A stretch of 64,000 nucleotides of DNA from Paludibacter jiangxiensis (GCA_945870155.1 CAMBSB010000003.1:16708-80707), one strand, 5' to 3'; shown: positions 38,633-49,893, counted from the first letter of the stretch. The notes: generated from the letters alone by a model not told the origin. Made by a program: numbers and translations.

Positions 38633-39162
38633 AAAAGTGGTTGGCTTTTGCTTTGTTGATAGGCTTGTTTTCGTGTAATAATGAAATAAACACAAACATC
38701 AAGCAACAAAAAGTTTATTTCGAAGTGCATCATGCAAATTTTGCTTGGATAGTCTACAACAATGGTATAATGATAGATTCAGCAGGGAACGTAAAATCGT
38801 TTGATCTGAAAAGTATAAACGAATGGGAATATCCTGATGATAAAGGAAAAATAAGCGCTGAAGCAATAGCTAACAATTACAAACGCTGTACTTCATTGCT
38901 TACAAAAATTGACATGGATAGTTTAAAGTATTATGTAAATAAAATTTCAAAAGCCGCAAAAGGAACTTTAAGTAAGCCAGAATCAATCATGGCTGATGCC
39001 GGCATAACTGAATATATTGCTTATATTTACGATAGTAAAACCAATTTATATCAAAAGGTATTATTATTCCAATGGGGTGATAATCAGATAACAAATAAAT
39101 CAAAAGAAGCAGATGAAATTTATAGATGGCTCTATAGAATTTCGCAAAACATAAAAAAATAA
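38629..39162 (+). CDS. Hypothetical lipoprotein
   Basis: Lipobox LFSC; ATGA overlap with the previous gene. Confidence 0.7.
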   Translation: MKKWLAFALLIGLFSCNNEINTNIKQQKVYFEVHHANFAWIVYNNGIMIDSAGNVKSFDLKSINEWEYPDDKGKISAEAIANNYKRCTSLLTKIDMDSLKYYVNKISKAAKGTLSKPESIMADAGITEYIAYIYDSKTNLYQKVLLFQWGDNQITNKSKEADEIYRWLYRISQNIKK

Positions 39163-39244
39163 TTTGAATAAATGTTTTATAATTTTGATCGTGATAGTTT
39201 TTTGAAATGAAAAATTTTTTGTTTACAAAAGGGAACTCTTCAGT

Positions 39245-39712
39245 TTAAGACTGAAGAGTTTTTTTGTTAAAGTTTACTGCATAGTACAGAAATTTCAAAG
39301 CTGAAACAAACAAAGGAATTCCCATAACAATATAAAATACAGCCAGATACTCAAAAGGGATTAGTCCTGTTTTTCTCACCATAATGCCCACACTTATCAT
39401 TAAAACCATCATAAAATAGCTTCGTAAATTAAAAAATGCATAAAAAGGAATTCGTTTTTCGGACATAGAGCTGATACGAGTTATATGTTTATCGCTTATT
39501 TCTGAGAACAAAAACAGGTAAAACAGGACTCCAAAAACAAAGGCAATAATTAATTTCAACAATAGATTAGCCGGAAATTCAACAATACCCATAATTCCCC
39601 TGGTTAATAACATACCACCTGCAAAAGTCCATAAAACAGTGGCACAAAACATCAACCCTCTATTTGAAACATGTGGAATAAGTGTTAATATGTTAATCCT
39701 TTTTATATTCAT
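39245..39712 (-). CDS. Hypothetical membrane protein
   Basis: Four hydrophobic segments. Confidence 0.7.
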   Translation of the reverse strand: MNIKRINILTLIPHVSNRGLMFCATVLWTFAGGMLLTRGIMGIVEFPANLLLKLIIAFVFGVLFYLFLFSEISDKHITRISSMSEKRIPFYAFFNLRSYFMMVLMISVGIMVRKTGLIPFEYLAVFYIVMGIPLFVSALKFLYYAVNFNKKTLQS

Positions 39713-39828
39713 AATTCTATATTTAATCTCAAAAATAATACAATATTTTCGATTAATGTAGCTATCAGCAAAAAACGATTTTTCGTAAATGGGTTTTTTT
39801 CACTACTTTTGTATCAAAATGCAAAGCA

Positions 39829-40104
39829 ATGATTTTTGACATAAATTACTTTGGATACATAGCCGGTTTCTTGTCAGCTATATCTCAATTCCCTCAAGCC
39901 TACAAAGTTATAAAAACGGGCGATACACATAGCATTTCGTTGGGGATGTATTCAATAATGACTTTGGGGATTTTATTTTGGTTTATTTACGGTGTTTTGC
40001 TTGTAAATTGGCCTATGATTTTAGCGAATGGTATTTGTATAATTCCTTCAATTTATATTCTTTTCATTACAATTCGAAATTTGTATTTAAAAAAACAAAA
40101 ATAG
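39829..40104 (+). CDS. SemiSWEET (PQ-loop/MtN3) family transporter
   Basis: FPQAYKVIKTGDTHSISLGMY...WFIYG...PMILAN; three TM helices. Confidence 0.9.
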   Translation: MIFDINYFGYIAGFLSAISQFPQAYKVIKTGDTHSISLGMYSIMTLGILFWFIYGVLLVNWPMILANGICIIPSIYILFITIRNLYLKKQK

Positions 40105-40367
40105 TTATGAAACGAGCTTAACAGATAAACTTTGATATACTTAGAAATGTTTTTATGTGCAAGCCTGTTCCGATGTTTAGGAGTTCCATATAACAAATTA
40201 AAATAAATTACAACTAGTTGAAACTCCTTGAAGAATATATACCGATAGCTAACAGGATTAGGATACTCAAGGAGCTGATTATTAATTACTAACTAAATAT
40301 CTGAGCCCTTTATTCCCTTTCTTATTCCCCCTTTAGGGGGTTAGGGGGCAGGTACAAAAAAACAATT

Positions 40368-40796
40368 ATGCCGATGAAACATATTCAAATTATTAATGGA
40401 CCAAATCTAAATCTACTAGGTAAAAGAGAACCAACGGTTTATGGAAATCAATCATTTGAAGCATATTTTGATGTTTTAAAAACAAAATTTCCGACCTGTG
40501 AAATGTTTTATTTCCAGTCGAATACCGAAGGCGCAATAATTGATAAAATTCATGAAGTAGGTTTTACTTACGATGCAATAATTATTAATGCAGGAGCTTA
40601 CACGCATACTTCTGTGGCCATAGCCGATGCAATTAGAGCAATTACAACACCAGTTATTGAAGTTCATATATCCAATGTTTTCAAACGGGAAGCATTTCGG
40701 CATCATTCCTATTTAAGCGAAGTATGCAAAGGTTGCATAGTTGGTTTTGGACTCGATTCGTACCGACTAGCAATAGACTCGGTCTTGAATGCTTAA
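40368..40796 (+). CDS. aroQ: Type II 3-dehydroquinate dehydratase
   Basis: INGPNLNLLGKREPTVYG, NAGAYTHTS, EVHISNV. Confidence 0.97.
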   Translation: MPMKHIQIINGPNLNLLGKREPTVYGNQSFEAYFDVLKTKFPTCEMFYFQSNTEGAIIDKIHEVGFTYDAIIINAGAYTHTSVAIADAIRAITTPVIEVHISNVFKREAFRHHSYLSEVCKGCIVGFGLDSYRLAIDSVLNA

Positions 40797-40856
40797 TTGT
40801 ATTTACAAAACGATATTTAAAATATTAAATTAAACTTTTTACAACATATTTATTTT

Positions 40857-42299
40857 ATGCCAAAATCAACAAAAATCGTTGCTACTATTAGCGATAAAAA
40901 TTGTGAAATAGACTTTATCAGAGAACTTTACATAGAAGGAATGAATGTTGTGCGGATGAATTCTGCACATTTACAAAGCGAAGGATTTCTGAAAATCATC
41001 AACAATGTACGAGCGGTAAGTAAACACATTGCCCTATTAATGGATACCAAAGGACCTGAAGTGAGAACAACTATTGCCGAAAATGATGCCATAGAAATAA
41101 AAACCGGCGATATGCTTAAAGTTGTAGGGAATCCTGAACTAGTTTCTACAATTCATTGCATTTCAGTAAATTATCCATTTTTTGTTCGCGATTTGCATGT
41201 AGGAGATGATATACTTTTTGATGATGGAGAAATTGACCTTAAAGTTGAATCGAAAACCGATGATTACTTGCTTTGTAAAGCATTGAATGATGGCACCTTA
41301 GGCAGTCGTAAAAGTGTAAACGTTCCGGGAGTTCGTATTAATTTACCTTCACTTACTGAGCGCGACAGACAAAATATCCTCTTTGCCATTGAAAATAATC
41401 TCGATTTTATTGCTCACTCATTTGTACGCAACAAACATGATTTGTTGGATATTCAAAAAATACTCGATGAACATAAAAGTCCAATAAAAATTATTTCTAA
41501 AATTGAAAATCAGGAAGGTGTTGATAATATTGACGAAATACTTCAATATACTTATGGAGTAATGATTGCCCGTGGTGATTTAGGAATTGAAGTTGCTCAG
41601 GAAAAAATACCGGGAATTCAACGACGACTCATACGTAAATGCGTAAAAGCCAAAAAACCTGTTATTGTGGCAACGCAAATGCTACACACCATGATAAAGA
41701 ACCCACGCCCAACGCGTGCTGAGGTTACTGATATTGCCAATGCAATTTATTACCGTACAGATGCTTTGATGCTTAGCGGCGAAACTGCTTATGGCAAATA
41801 TCCGGTGGAAGCTGTGAGAACCATGGCCAAAATAGCTAAAGAAGCTGAATTGACAAAAATGTCGGAAAATGATATTCCTATTGACATCAGCACCAACGAC
41901 TTAACGTCATTTCTTTGTAATGCAGCAGTTGATACAAACGAAAAATTAGGTACCAAAGCAATAATTACCGACACTTACAGCGGACGTACAGCGCGTTATT
42001 TAGCGGCTTACAGGGGTGTAAATCCTATATTAGCTATCTGTTATCATGAGCGATCAACGCGCGAATTAGCCCTTTCATACGGGGTATTTCCCATATATAA
42101 AGAAAGCAAAGGAAACACACAACAATATTTTATTGAAGCACTTAAAGACTTAATTAGCAATGGTTGGGTTGAGAATGAAGATTCAGTTTGTTATTTAAGC
42201 GGTAGCTTTGGCGAAGGCTTTGGAACAACTTTCTTGGAAGTAAATCAGGTCAATAAAATTTTAGAAGCACGCGGACAGTATTTGTTACCAAATTTCTGA
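40857..42299 (+). CDS. pyk: Pyruvate kinase
   Basis: TKIVATI, DTKGPEVR, KIENQEG, ARGDLGIE, ATQML, MLSGETA. Confidence 0.98.
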   Translation: MPKSTKIVATISDKNCEIDFIRELYIEGMNVVRMNSAHLQSEGFLKIINNVRAVSKHIALLMDTKGPEVRTTIAENDAIEIKTGDMLKVVGNPELVSTIHCISVNYPFFVRDLHVGDDILFDDGEIDLKVESKTDDYLLCKALNDGTLGSRKSVNVPGVRINLPSLTERDRQNILFAIENNLDFIAHSFVRNKHDLLDIQKILDEHKSPIKIISKIENQEGVDNIDEILQYTYGVMIARGDLGIEVAQEKIPGIQRRLIRKCVKAKKPVIVATQMLHTMIKNPRPTRAEVTDIANAIYYRTDALMLSGETAYGKYPVEAVRTMAKIAKEAELTKMSENDIPIDISTNDLTSFLCNAAVDTNEKLGTKAIITDTYSGRTARYLAAYRGVNPILAICYHERSTRELALSYGVFPIYKESKGNTQQYFIEALKDLISNGWVENEDSVCYLSGSFGEGFGTTFLEVNQVNKILEARGQYLLPNF

Positions 42300-42317
42300 A
42301 AAAAAGAATATTTATTC

Positions 42318-42354
42318 AGAGGTGTTTAAAATCATTAAACACCTCTTTTTTTTT
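42318..42354 (+). terminator. Intrinsic terminator after pyk
   Basis: AGAGGTGTTT / AAACACCTCT stem followed by a T-tract. Confidence 0.85.
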
Positions 42355-42455
42355 CAATATAAGACCTAATATTTAAAACTTTTTTCAAACTTCATCGTTA
42401 AACCATTCTAGTATTAATTAGTCTAAACTCAAATATAATTTAACTCACATAATTA

Positions 42456-44912
42456 ATGAAAAAGATTTCGATTTTCCTTGTTTTAATTTTCCTAGTTTCT
42501 CCAATTTTTGCTTTGTACACAATTAAAGGTAAAATAATTGACGCAGGCACTGAACAACCCCTCGACTTTGTAAATATTGCCTTATTAAAACCAAACAGTG
42601 AAATTCCAACAGTAGGTATAACTTCGGATAATAAAGGAGCTTTTGTTCTTCCTCAGGTTACCAACGGAAAATACACCTTACGTGTAAGTTTTGTTGGTTA
42701 TAATACCATTAACATACCACTAAATGTTAACTCAAATGAGCTGAATTTAGGAATAATTAAACTAATAGAAGACAGTAAAGCATTGTCAGAGATTGAAGTA
42801 TTGGGACAAGGCTCACAAATGACATTCGACATTGATAAAAAAGTATTTACTGTAGATAAAAATATTGCCGCCGCCGGAGGTTCTGCTTCGGATGTGTTGC
42901 AAAACATTCCATCGGTTGATGTTGATGGCGAGGGTAATGTTTCGTTACGCAACAGCAGCAGTGTGGAAGTTTGGATCAATGGAAAACCATCGGGACTTAC
43001 TGCCGATAATCGTGCACAGGTATTGCAACAAATGCCTGCCGAAAGTATTGATAAAGTTGAAGTTATGACTAACCCTTCGGCTAAATTTAAACCGGAAGGA
43101 ACTTCGGGGATCATTAATATTGTTTTGAAGAAAAACCGCAAAGCCGGTTATTACGGTAGTTTATCGGCCGGACTAATGTATGTGGATGGTTCAAAACCTA
43201 CCGGTACTTTAGGTGCAAATATAAATTATAGTAGCTCAAAAATTGATGCATATTTGAATATTGGTTATAGAGCTATGGATTTTACAGGTGGAGGATATAG
43301 TAATAGGTTTGGGTTGAATGGTACAGATACTATTTCAATTTTAAAACAAACGCAAACTATGAATAGGGGTTATAGTGGCCTTTTTGGACGTGGTGGCATT
43401 GATTATCATTTAAATGACAAGCATACTTTAAGTGTTTCAAGTTTCGGTATGTTGGGAAGTGGTTATTCAAGTACAAATATTGACTATAGTTTTAAAAATT
43501 TATTGCCGGTAAGCACAAGAAATTATAATCGTTTAAACACTGGTGATGGCACACGTCCCAGTTTAAGTGTAAGTTTTGATTATAAGTACGATATTGACAA
43601 ATTAGGTTCTAACCTGATGGTTGATTTAACTCTATCAAATCACAGTCGTACAAGCAATGAGCATATTATTCAAACCGAAAACCCATCTAACACAAAGAGC
43701 TCAGATTATACTCAAAGCTATGAGGGGAATAATAACGAAACAGAATTCAAACTGGATTATACTAAAAAATTCAGTGAAAAAACCAGGATGGAATTGGGTG
43801 TAAATTCAACTTTCGAAAAACGTGAAAGTCCTTCGGAAGCTTTTGATAATTTAAAAAATCAGGAAAAAAAGGAGTATTTCAATAAATTCATTCAATCGGA
43901 AAATATAAATGCAGCTTATGCAACTTTCGGCAGTCGCATTGGAAACCTGAGCTATCAGGGAGGCTTAAGAGCTGAGTATTTTCAACAAGATTGGACAAAT
44001 ACATACTATCAAAATAATTTGCCAAAAACAGATGTAGGAACTCCGGTAAATAAATTGCAACTTTTCCCAAGTGCATTTTTATCATACACTTTGCCCAAAA
44101 AAGATGAACTTCAATTAAACATTACCCGTCGTATTCGCCGACCTCATGGCAGAGATATTAATCCATTCAGAATGTATTCTGACTCAACAAATATATCATA
44201 CGGTAACCCGACTCTTCTTCCGGAAATTACAACGGCATTTGAATTTAATTATCTCAAAACCTGGGAGAATCATTCTTTATCATCCTCGGCTTACTACCGT
44301 TTTACAGACGATGTGATGCAAAACGTGCAGTACTTTAACAATAATACCATGGAAAATACCACCATGAATGTGTCAAAGTCGAGTAATATAGGATTGGAAT
44401 TGGTGGCAAAAAACAGGTTCTTTAAAATTATTAACCTTACGTCATCACTTAATCTGTATTACAACAGATTGGATTCGAGCAGTTATATCAGCATTTACAA
44501 TCCGGCTATTGTTACCGCCATACCTGAAAAAGAACTGTTTAGCTGGAACATCCGTTCTATGGCCAATATTATTTTAGGCAAAAACACTTTTCTACAGTTA
44601 AGTGGCGACTATTCGGCTCCGCGCCTAATTGCTCAAGGAAAAGAAACAGCCAGTTATGCCTTTGATTTGGGATTGCGACAAACATTAATGAATAAAAACC
44701 TGAGTTTAAATTTAATGGTGCGAGATATTTTCAATACACGCAGACGTAGCACAACAATTAATGGAGCCGGTTTTTATCAAAAATCAGAATCGTATATGAT
44801 GGGTAGAATGATAGGACTGACAGCGACTTATAATTTTGGAAATATGAAACCAAAACAAACCGAAACAAAGAAGAATTCTAGCGATATGAATATGGATGGG
44901 GGAATGGATTAA
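42456..44912 (+). CDS. TonB-dependent receptor / outer-membrane beta-barrel protein with N-terminal carboxypeptidase-regulatory-like domain
   Basis: Signal peptide, plug region (NIPSVDVD, IDKVEVMTNPSAK...GIINIVLK), beta-barrel strands. Confidence 0.85.
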   Translation: MKKISIFLVLIFLVSPIFALYTIKGKIIDAGTEQPLDFVNIALLKPNSEIPTVGITSDNKGAFVLPQVTNGKYTLRVSFVGYNTINIPLNVNSNELNLGIIKLIEDSKALSEIEVLGQGSQMTFDIDKKVFTVDKNIAAAGGSASDVLQNIPSVDVDGEGNVSLRNSSSVEVWINGKPSGLTADNRAQVLQQMPAESIDKVEVMTNPSAKFKPEGTSGIINIVLKKNRKAGYYGSLSAGLMYVDGSKPTGTLGANINYSSSKIDAYLNIGYRAMDFTGGGYSNRFGLNGTDTISILKQTQTMNRGYSGLFGRGGIDYHLNDKHTLSVSSFGMLGSGYSSTNIDYSFKNLLPVSTRNYNRLNTGDGTRPSLSVSFDYKYDIDKLGSNLMVDLTLSNHSRTSNEHIIQTENPSNTKSSDYTQSYEGNNNETEFKLDYTKKFSEKTRMELGVNSTFEKRESPSEAFDNLKNQEKKEYFNKFIQSENINAAYATFGSRIGNLSYQGGLRAEYFQQDWTNTYYQNNLPKTDVGTPVNKLQLFPSAFLSYTLPKKDELQLNITRRIRRPHGRDINPFRMYSDSTNISYGNPTLLPEITTAFEFNYLKTWENHSLSSSAYYRFTDDVMQNVQYFNNNTMENTTMNVSKSSNIGLELVAKNRFFKIINLTSSLNLYYNRLDSSSYISIYNPAIVTAIPEKELFSWNIRSMANIILGKNTFLQLSGDYSAPRLIAQGKETASYAFDLGLRQTLMNKNLSLNLMVRDIFNTRRRSTTINGAGFYQKSESYMMGRMIGLTATYNFGNMKPKQTETKKNSSDMNMDGGMD

Positions 44913-45138
44913 AGAAGATTTGAGGTTTGAAGAGTTGAGAGTTTGAGGGATGAGGGATGAGGAGTTTCGGGATGACTGAGTTCCGACTCAGTCAATTATT
45001 AGTTTGAAGTTTGTTACTTTTCATTTTCACATTCTTACATTATTCACACTTCTCATCAAGTCTATAGTCTTTGTTCTTTATTCTTTATTCTTTATTCTAT
45101 TTCGCATTTAATCAATTGTAAATCTTTCAATTGTACAT

Positions 45139-45900
45139 TTAAAATTTCAATTGTCTTCTTCTAAATTCGGCACAAACAAGTGCAGTGGCAACACCAACAT
45201 TTAATGATTCGGAGGTTGGTTCATTTATAGGAAAGTTAGGTATCAACAAGCGATTGTTAACTAACTTTTCTATGTTTTCGGATATCCCATTTCCTTCATT
45301 GCCCATTACAATTATACCAATGGGGGTTAAAGCTTGGTTGTAAATATCATTTCCATCCATAAAGGTTCCATAAACAGGGATATTTGCAGGCAGCTTAGAT
45401 AAGAATAAATTTAAATCGACATAATGTACTTTTACACGACTCAATGCGCCCATGGAAGCTTGAACGGCTTTTGGGCTGTAAGCATCCACGGTTAATAAAG
45501 AGCAATAAATATTATGAATTCCAAACCAATCAGCAATTCGAATGATTGTACCAAAATTTCCGGGATCTTGAATATTGTCAAGAGCCAAACACAATTCATT
45601 CGAAAAGTCAACACCTGATATGTCGTAGATATTCTTTTTAAAAACAGCCAAAACGCCTTGAGGTGTTTTTTGATTCGAAATTTTATTAATTTCTTCGTCC
45701 GAAACTATTTGTATGTCACACGATATAAAGGATTTATACTCAATAGCCCAATTTGATGTGGCAAAAACTTGATGAGCATTAAAACTTTTCGATAAATCCA
45801 ACACTAATTTTGTTCCTTCGGCAACAAACAAGCCTAATTCATCGCGAAATTTCTTTTGCGATAAAGAAGAAATGAGTTTAATTTGGTTTTTTGATAACAA
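45139..45900 (-). CDS. TrmH/SpoU family RNA methyltransferase
   Basis: FVAEG, LDNIQDPGNFGTIIR, GNEGNGIS, SLNVGVA. Confidence 0.95.
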   Translation of the reverse strand: MLSKNQIKLISSLSQKKFRDELGLFVAEGTKLVLDLSKSFNAHQVFATSNWAIEYKSFISCDIQIVSDEEINKISNQKTPQGVLAVFKKNIYDISGVDFSNELCLALDNIQDPGNFGTIIRIADWFGIHNIYCSLLTVDAYSPKAVQASMGALSRVKVHYVDLNLFLSKLPANIPVYGTFMDGNDIYNQALTPIGIIVMGNEGNGISENIEKLVNNRLLIPNFPINEPTSESLNVGVATALVCAEFRRRQLKF

Positions 45901-46100
45901 TTTTTTTGTGGTTAAATGTGTTGAAAAACTATTATAAATCTTGCTTTAAGCAACAAAACTAACAAAGAAAGTTGTAAACTCAAAAAAAACAGGACATTTA
46001 AAGTAGATATATTCAAAAATAAATCTAAAAAAGGATTTTCTTAATAATAATATTGTCAATTTAAAGTATATTTGCATGACTAAAAACCTATTCAATTTAA

Positions 46101-48362
46101 ATGAGTCATAAATTCAAAAATATTATATTATCACTTTCCATCTTCCTTTGGGCATGTAATACTACCAAACATGTTCCCGATGGCGAATATTTACTTGATA
46201 AATATAAAATTCATTCTGACATTCCCGGTTTAAATCAGGATATTTTGGAGGAGTATTTGCGTCAAACGCCCAATGCCACGGCACTTAAAGCATTAAAAAT
46301 TCAACTAGCCATTTATAATATTGCCGGAAAGGACACAACAAAAAAGTTGAATAAGTTTTTTATGAAAATTGGAGAAGAACCGGTTCTTTTCAGTCAGCGA
46401 CTAACGGATATCTCTACTCAACAAATCCAGAAAGTAGTTGTAAATAAGGGTTATATCGACGCAGAAGTGATTAATAAAGTACAAATTGATAACAAAAAAG
46501 TCAGGGTAGATTATTACATTAATTCTAAAAAACCTTATACAATTAACAAATATAGTGTCGACATTCAGGACTCTATTTTATTATCGGTAGCCAATGACAC
46601 TTCGAAAAGTTTAATTCAAGATGGAATGTTGTTTGATGTTGATGTTTTTGATGAGGAACGCCAACGAGTGACAACAAGTGTTAGAGAAATAGGCTTTTAC
46701 AATTTCAACAAGGAGTATTTGGTTTATACTGCCGATAGCACTTTGTCATCGCATAAAATTAATTTGAACCTCGATTTGAATACATTTTTAAAACAGAATA
46801 AAGATTCTGTAAAAAATTATGTATTTACACAATTTAAAATTGGCAAGGTAATTTTTAATACCAACCTTATTAATAACCAGAATTCAGCTAACTTTAACTC
46901 TTCAAGTCTTGACACTACACAATTCAAAGATTTTATTTTAATAAGCCCAAAGGAAAAGTTTATTGATTTTAAAACATTGATTTTCAATACTTATATAAGT
47001 CCGAACACCTATTTCAATGACAAAGATGTTGAAAAAACTTACTCGGCATTAAACTCTTTAGGCCCGGTTAAATACGTAACTATCAGCTTTGTGGAAATGC
47101 CTAACAACACCCTCGATTGCATGATCAATATTATTCCGGCTAAAACAGTTTCGTTAAGTGCCGAAATTGAAGGAACTTACACCGGAGGTTATTGGGGAGG
47201 TGCTTTTAAACTTGGTACAGTGAATAAAAACGCCTTTAATGGTGCCGAAATTCTTTCAATTCAAGGGCGTTTAGCTACCGAATGGCAATCGGGAATATGG
47301 GCACAGGAATATGGAGCTCAGGTAGGATTAAAAATACCACGTTTTCTATTTCCTATCGGTAATTTTGATTTTAAACGAAGCATACATGCCAATACCGAAT
47401 TTACTTCGGATTTAAGTTATCAATTCCGTCCTTCAGAATTTACAGCAAGTAATATTAGTGCAGGCACAAGTTATAGTTGGGACAGATCGAAATACAAACA
47501 CAATTTTGAGCTTTTCAACCTGAGTTTGATGAATTTTGATTTGGATCAACAATTTATTACAAACTATATTGACACTAAAAAGTACAATATACATAATTAC
47601 GAAAGCAGGTTTATACTAAGAATGGGTTATAAGGGTTCATTCAGTAATTTTAATCCAAACCGTCCGAGTAGAAATTATTCCACTTACAGGTATAGCTTTG
47701 AATCGGCTGGAAATTTGCTTTATGGATTAAATAAACTGTTGTACTCCAAGCCTTCCTTTGATGGAAATTATAAAATATTTAATATCGCTTATGCTCAATA
47801 TGTTAGAGGCGAGTATAATACTTCATACAATCAGATTATTGACAAAAACAATCGTTTTGTATATCATTTAGGTTTGGGTTTAGGACTACCTTATGGCAAT
47901 GCCGATGTTTTGCCCTTTGAAAGAAGATTTTACAGCGGTGGTGCAAATAGTGTTAGAGGTTGGAGCGAAACACAACTCGGACCCGGTAAATACAAAAGAA
48001 TCAGCAATGTAAAAATTCGGGATTATAATCAGGTGGGCGATATAAAGCTTGATTTAAACATGGAATACCGGGCAAAACTATTTTGGTTTTTTGAAGGAGC
48101 ATTGTTTTTAGATGCCGGCAATGTTTGGACAATGAAGCAATACGACGAACAACCGGGTGGAGAATTCCGTTTCGATTCGTTTATAAATCAAATTGCTATA
48201 GCTTATGGAGCCGGATTACGTATGGATTTTTCATTCTTTATAGTTCGTTTTGATATGGGTATCAGGCTATTCGATCCGGTTTTAATACGAACAGAACAAT
48301 GGAGAATTAAACCAGGGTCAGATGATTTTGCGTTCCATATTGGAATAGGATATCCATTTTAA
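46101..48362 (+). CDS. tamL: BamA/TamA family outer-membrane lipoprotein (TamL-like)
   Basis: Lipobox LWAC, POTRA region, YSGGANSVRGW motif, ends IGYPF. Confidence 0.8.
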   Translation: MSHKFKNIILSLSIFLWACNTTKHVPDGEYLLDKYKIHSDIPGLNQDILEEYLRQTPNATALKALKIQLAIYNIAGKDTTKKLNKFFMKIGEEPVLFSQRLTDISTQQIQKVVVNKGYIDAEVINKVQIDNKKVRVDYYINSKKPYTINKYSVDIQDSILLSVANDTSKSLIQDGMLFDVDVFDEERQRVTTSVREIGFYNFNKEYLVYTADSTLSSHKINLNLDLNTFLKQNKDSVKNYVFTQFKIGKVIFNTNLINNQNSANFNSSSLDTTQFKDFILISPKEKFIDFKTLIFNTYISPNTYFNDKDVEKTYSALNSLGPVKYVTISFVEMPNNTLDCMINIIPAKTVSLSAEIEGTYTGGYWGGAFKLGTVNKNAFNGAEILSIQGRLATEWQSGIWAQEYGAQVGLKIPRFLFPIGNFDFKRSIHANTEFTSDLSYQFRPSEFTASNISAGTSYSWDRSKYKHNFELFNLSLMNFDLDQQFITNYIDTKKYNIHNYESRFILRMGYKGSFSNFNPNRPSRNYSTYRYSFESAGNLLYGLNKLLYSKPSFDGNYKIFNIAYAQYVRGEYNTSYNQIIDKNNRFVYHLGLGLGLPYGNADVLPFERRFYSGGANSVRGWSETQLGPGKYKRISNVKIRDYNQVGDIKLDLNMEYRAKLFWFFEGALFLDAGNVWTMKQYDEQPGGEFRFDSFINQIAIAYGAGLRMDFSFFIVRFDMGIRLFDPVLIRTEQWRIKPGSDDFAFHIGIGYPF

Positions 48363-49012
48363 AATAATTCTTCACGCTGTTTAAGCTTATTGGGTAACTT
48401 GATTTTTTTTGGTTTCTTAGGTTTTTCTTCGCCAAGTAAATTAAAAGTCAGCCGGTGAAAGGTTGTAGTACCATATAATTTAATTGCCTCTCTATGCTTC
48501 ATGGTTGGATATGCTTTGTTTTTATTCCAATCGTACACCGGAAATCTTACGTGCAAAGCTTCCATTATTTCATCTCTGTGTGTTTTGGCCAATACCGAAG
48601 CCGCTGCAATAGAAAGAAATTTACTATCGCCTTTTACTAAGGTTTTATGCGGAATATCACGGTAGGGTTTAAACCTATTGCCATCCACTATAATAAATTC
48701 CGGACTTATATCTAGCTTATCCATAGCTCTTTGCATAGCTAAAATGGAAGCATTTAGAATATTGATTTTATCTATTTCGTTGTTATCAACTTCGGCTACA
48801 GCCCATACCAAAGCTTGACTTTCAATGATTGGACGTAATTTATTGCGAACTTTTTCGGTAAGAAGTTTTGAATCGTTCAGTTCAGGGCAATAAAAATCGG
48901 GCGGAAGTATAACTGCCGCAGCAACCACCGGACCGGCCAGGCAGCCTCTTCCTGCTTCATCGCATCCACATTCAAGTAAAAAAGTTGAAAACCTGCTTGA
49001 TAATACGTTCAT
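48359..49012 (-). CDS. rnhB: Ribonuclease HII
   Basis: GCDEAGRGCLAGPV, DSK, VDGN, KGD...IAAASVLAK. Confidence 0.97.
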   Translation of the reverse strand: MNVLSSRFSTFLLECGCDEAGRGCLAGPVVAAAVILPPDFYCPELNDSKLLTEKVRNKLRPIIESQALVWAVAEVDNNEIDKINILNASILAMQRAMDKLDISPEFIIVDGNRFKPYRDIPHKTLVKGDSKFLSIAAASVLAKTHRDEIMEALHVRFPVYDWNKNKAYPTMKHREAIKLYGTTTFHRLTFNLLGEEKPKKPKKIKLPNKLKQREELF

Positions 49013-49057
49013 GATTTTAATTGAAAAAAGATGGACTTCTTTTTATATTTTTTAATT

Positions 49058-49573
49058 CTATTCCTCTTTTTTGTTTTTTTGTGGCAAAATCTCCCTTGTT
49101 TTTACTTCCTCCCAAAGTTTAGGAGCTAAATTCATAATGGGTTTATGCAAAAACGAATCGGCCTTGGTTTCAGGACTTACAAAGTTAAACTTACTGTCGA
49201 TTACGTTAAACACTATCATTAATACACTCATAATCAAAGCATATTTCAAACCACCAAATAGTCCACCCAAAAATTTATTTAAGCCACCCAATGCAATTGA
49301 ATCGAAAAGCTTGTCCAACGAACTGGCAATAAATAATAAAACAATGGCAATAGCCACGAAAACAACAATATAAGCTACCGGTTGAGCAATTCTTAGTGAA
49401 AAATCAAAACTCTGTACCAATATATTCGAAACCAAGGGTGAAAATAATTTAGCGCCATAAATTCCTAAAATTATTGCCAATAAAGAAGCCAATTCTTTTA
49501 TCAATCCCTTAAACATTCCAAGTATAAAACCTATAACAATAGGTATAATAATTACCAAATCAATTGAATTCAT
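49058..49573 (-). CDS. cvpA: CvpA family (colicin V production) membrane protein
   Basis: G..KGLIKEL, LNKFLGGLFG; four TM helices. Confidence 0.9.
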   Translation of the reverse strand: MNSIDLVIIIPIVIGFILGMFKGLIKELASLLAIILGIYGAKLFSPLVSNILVQSFDFSLRIAQPVAYIVVFVAIAIVLLFIASSLDKLFDSIALGGLNKFLGGLFGGLKYALIMSVLMIVFNVIDSKFNFVSPETKADSFLHKPIMNLAPKLWEEVKTREILPQKNKKEE

Positions 49574-49893
49574 AATGCTTTAGTTTTTTGCAAAGATAAT
49601 TAAAAAACTTATTTTCAGTTATTTTCAGCATAAAATTCTATTGAACCAACTTAACATTTCATCCGTCACAAATTCAAATTGTTAAATATCAAGAAGAGCT
49701 TAATTGGTCTTGGGCAAATAACAAATGAATTATACGCCTCTTTTTCAATGATATATGAATATTAAACAAATATATTCTGTAGATTGAATCATGATTTAAA
49801 TTTCTGGCACAAGATTTGGACTACAAGAGAAAATGAAATTTATTACAAGAATATATACCAAACCAATTTTTCAACAATTAAAAATTATTTATT

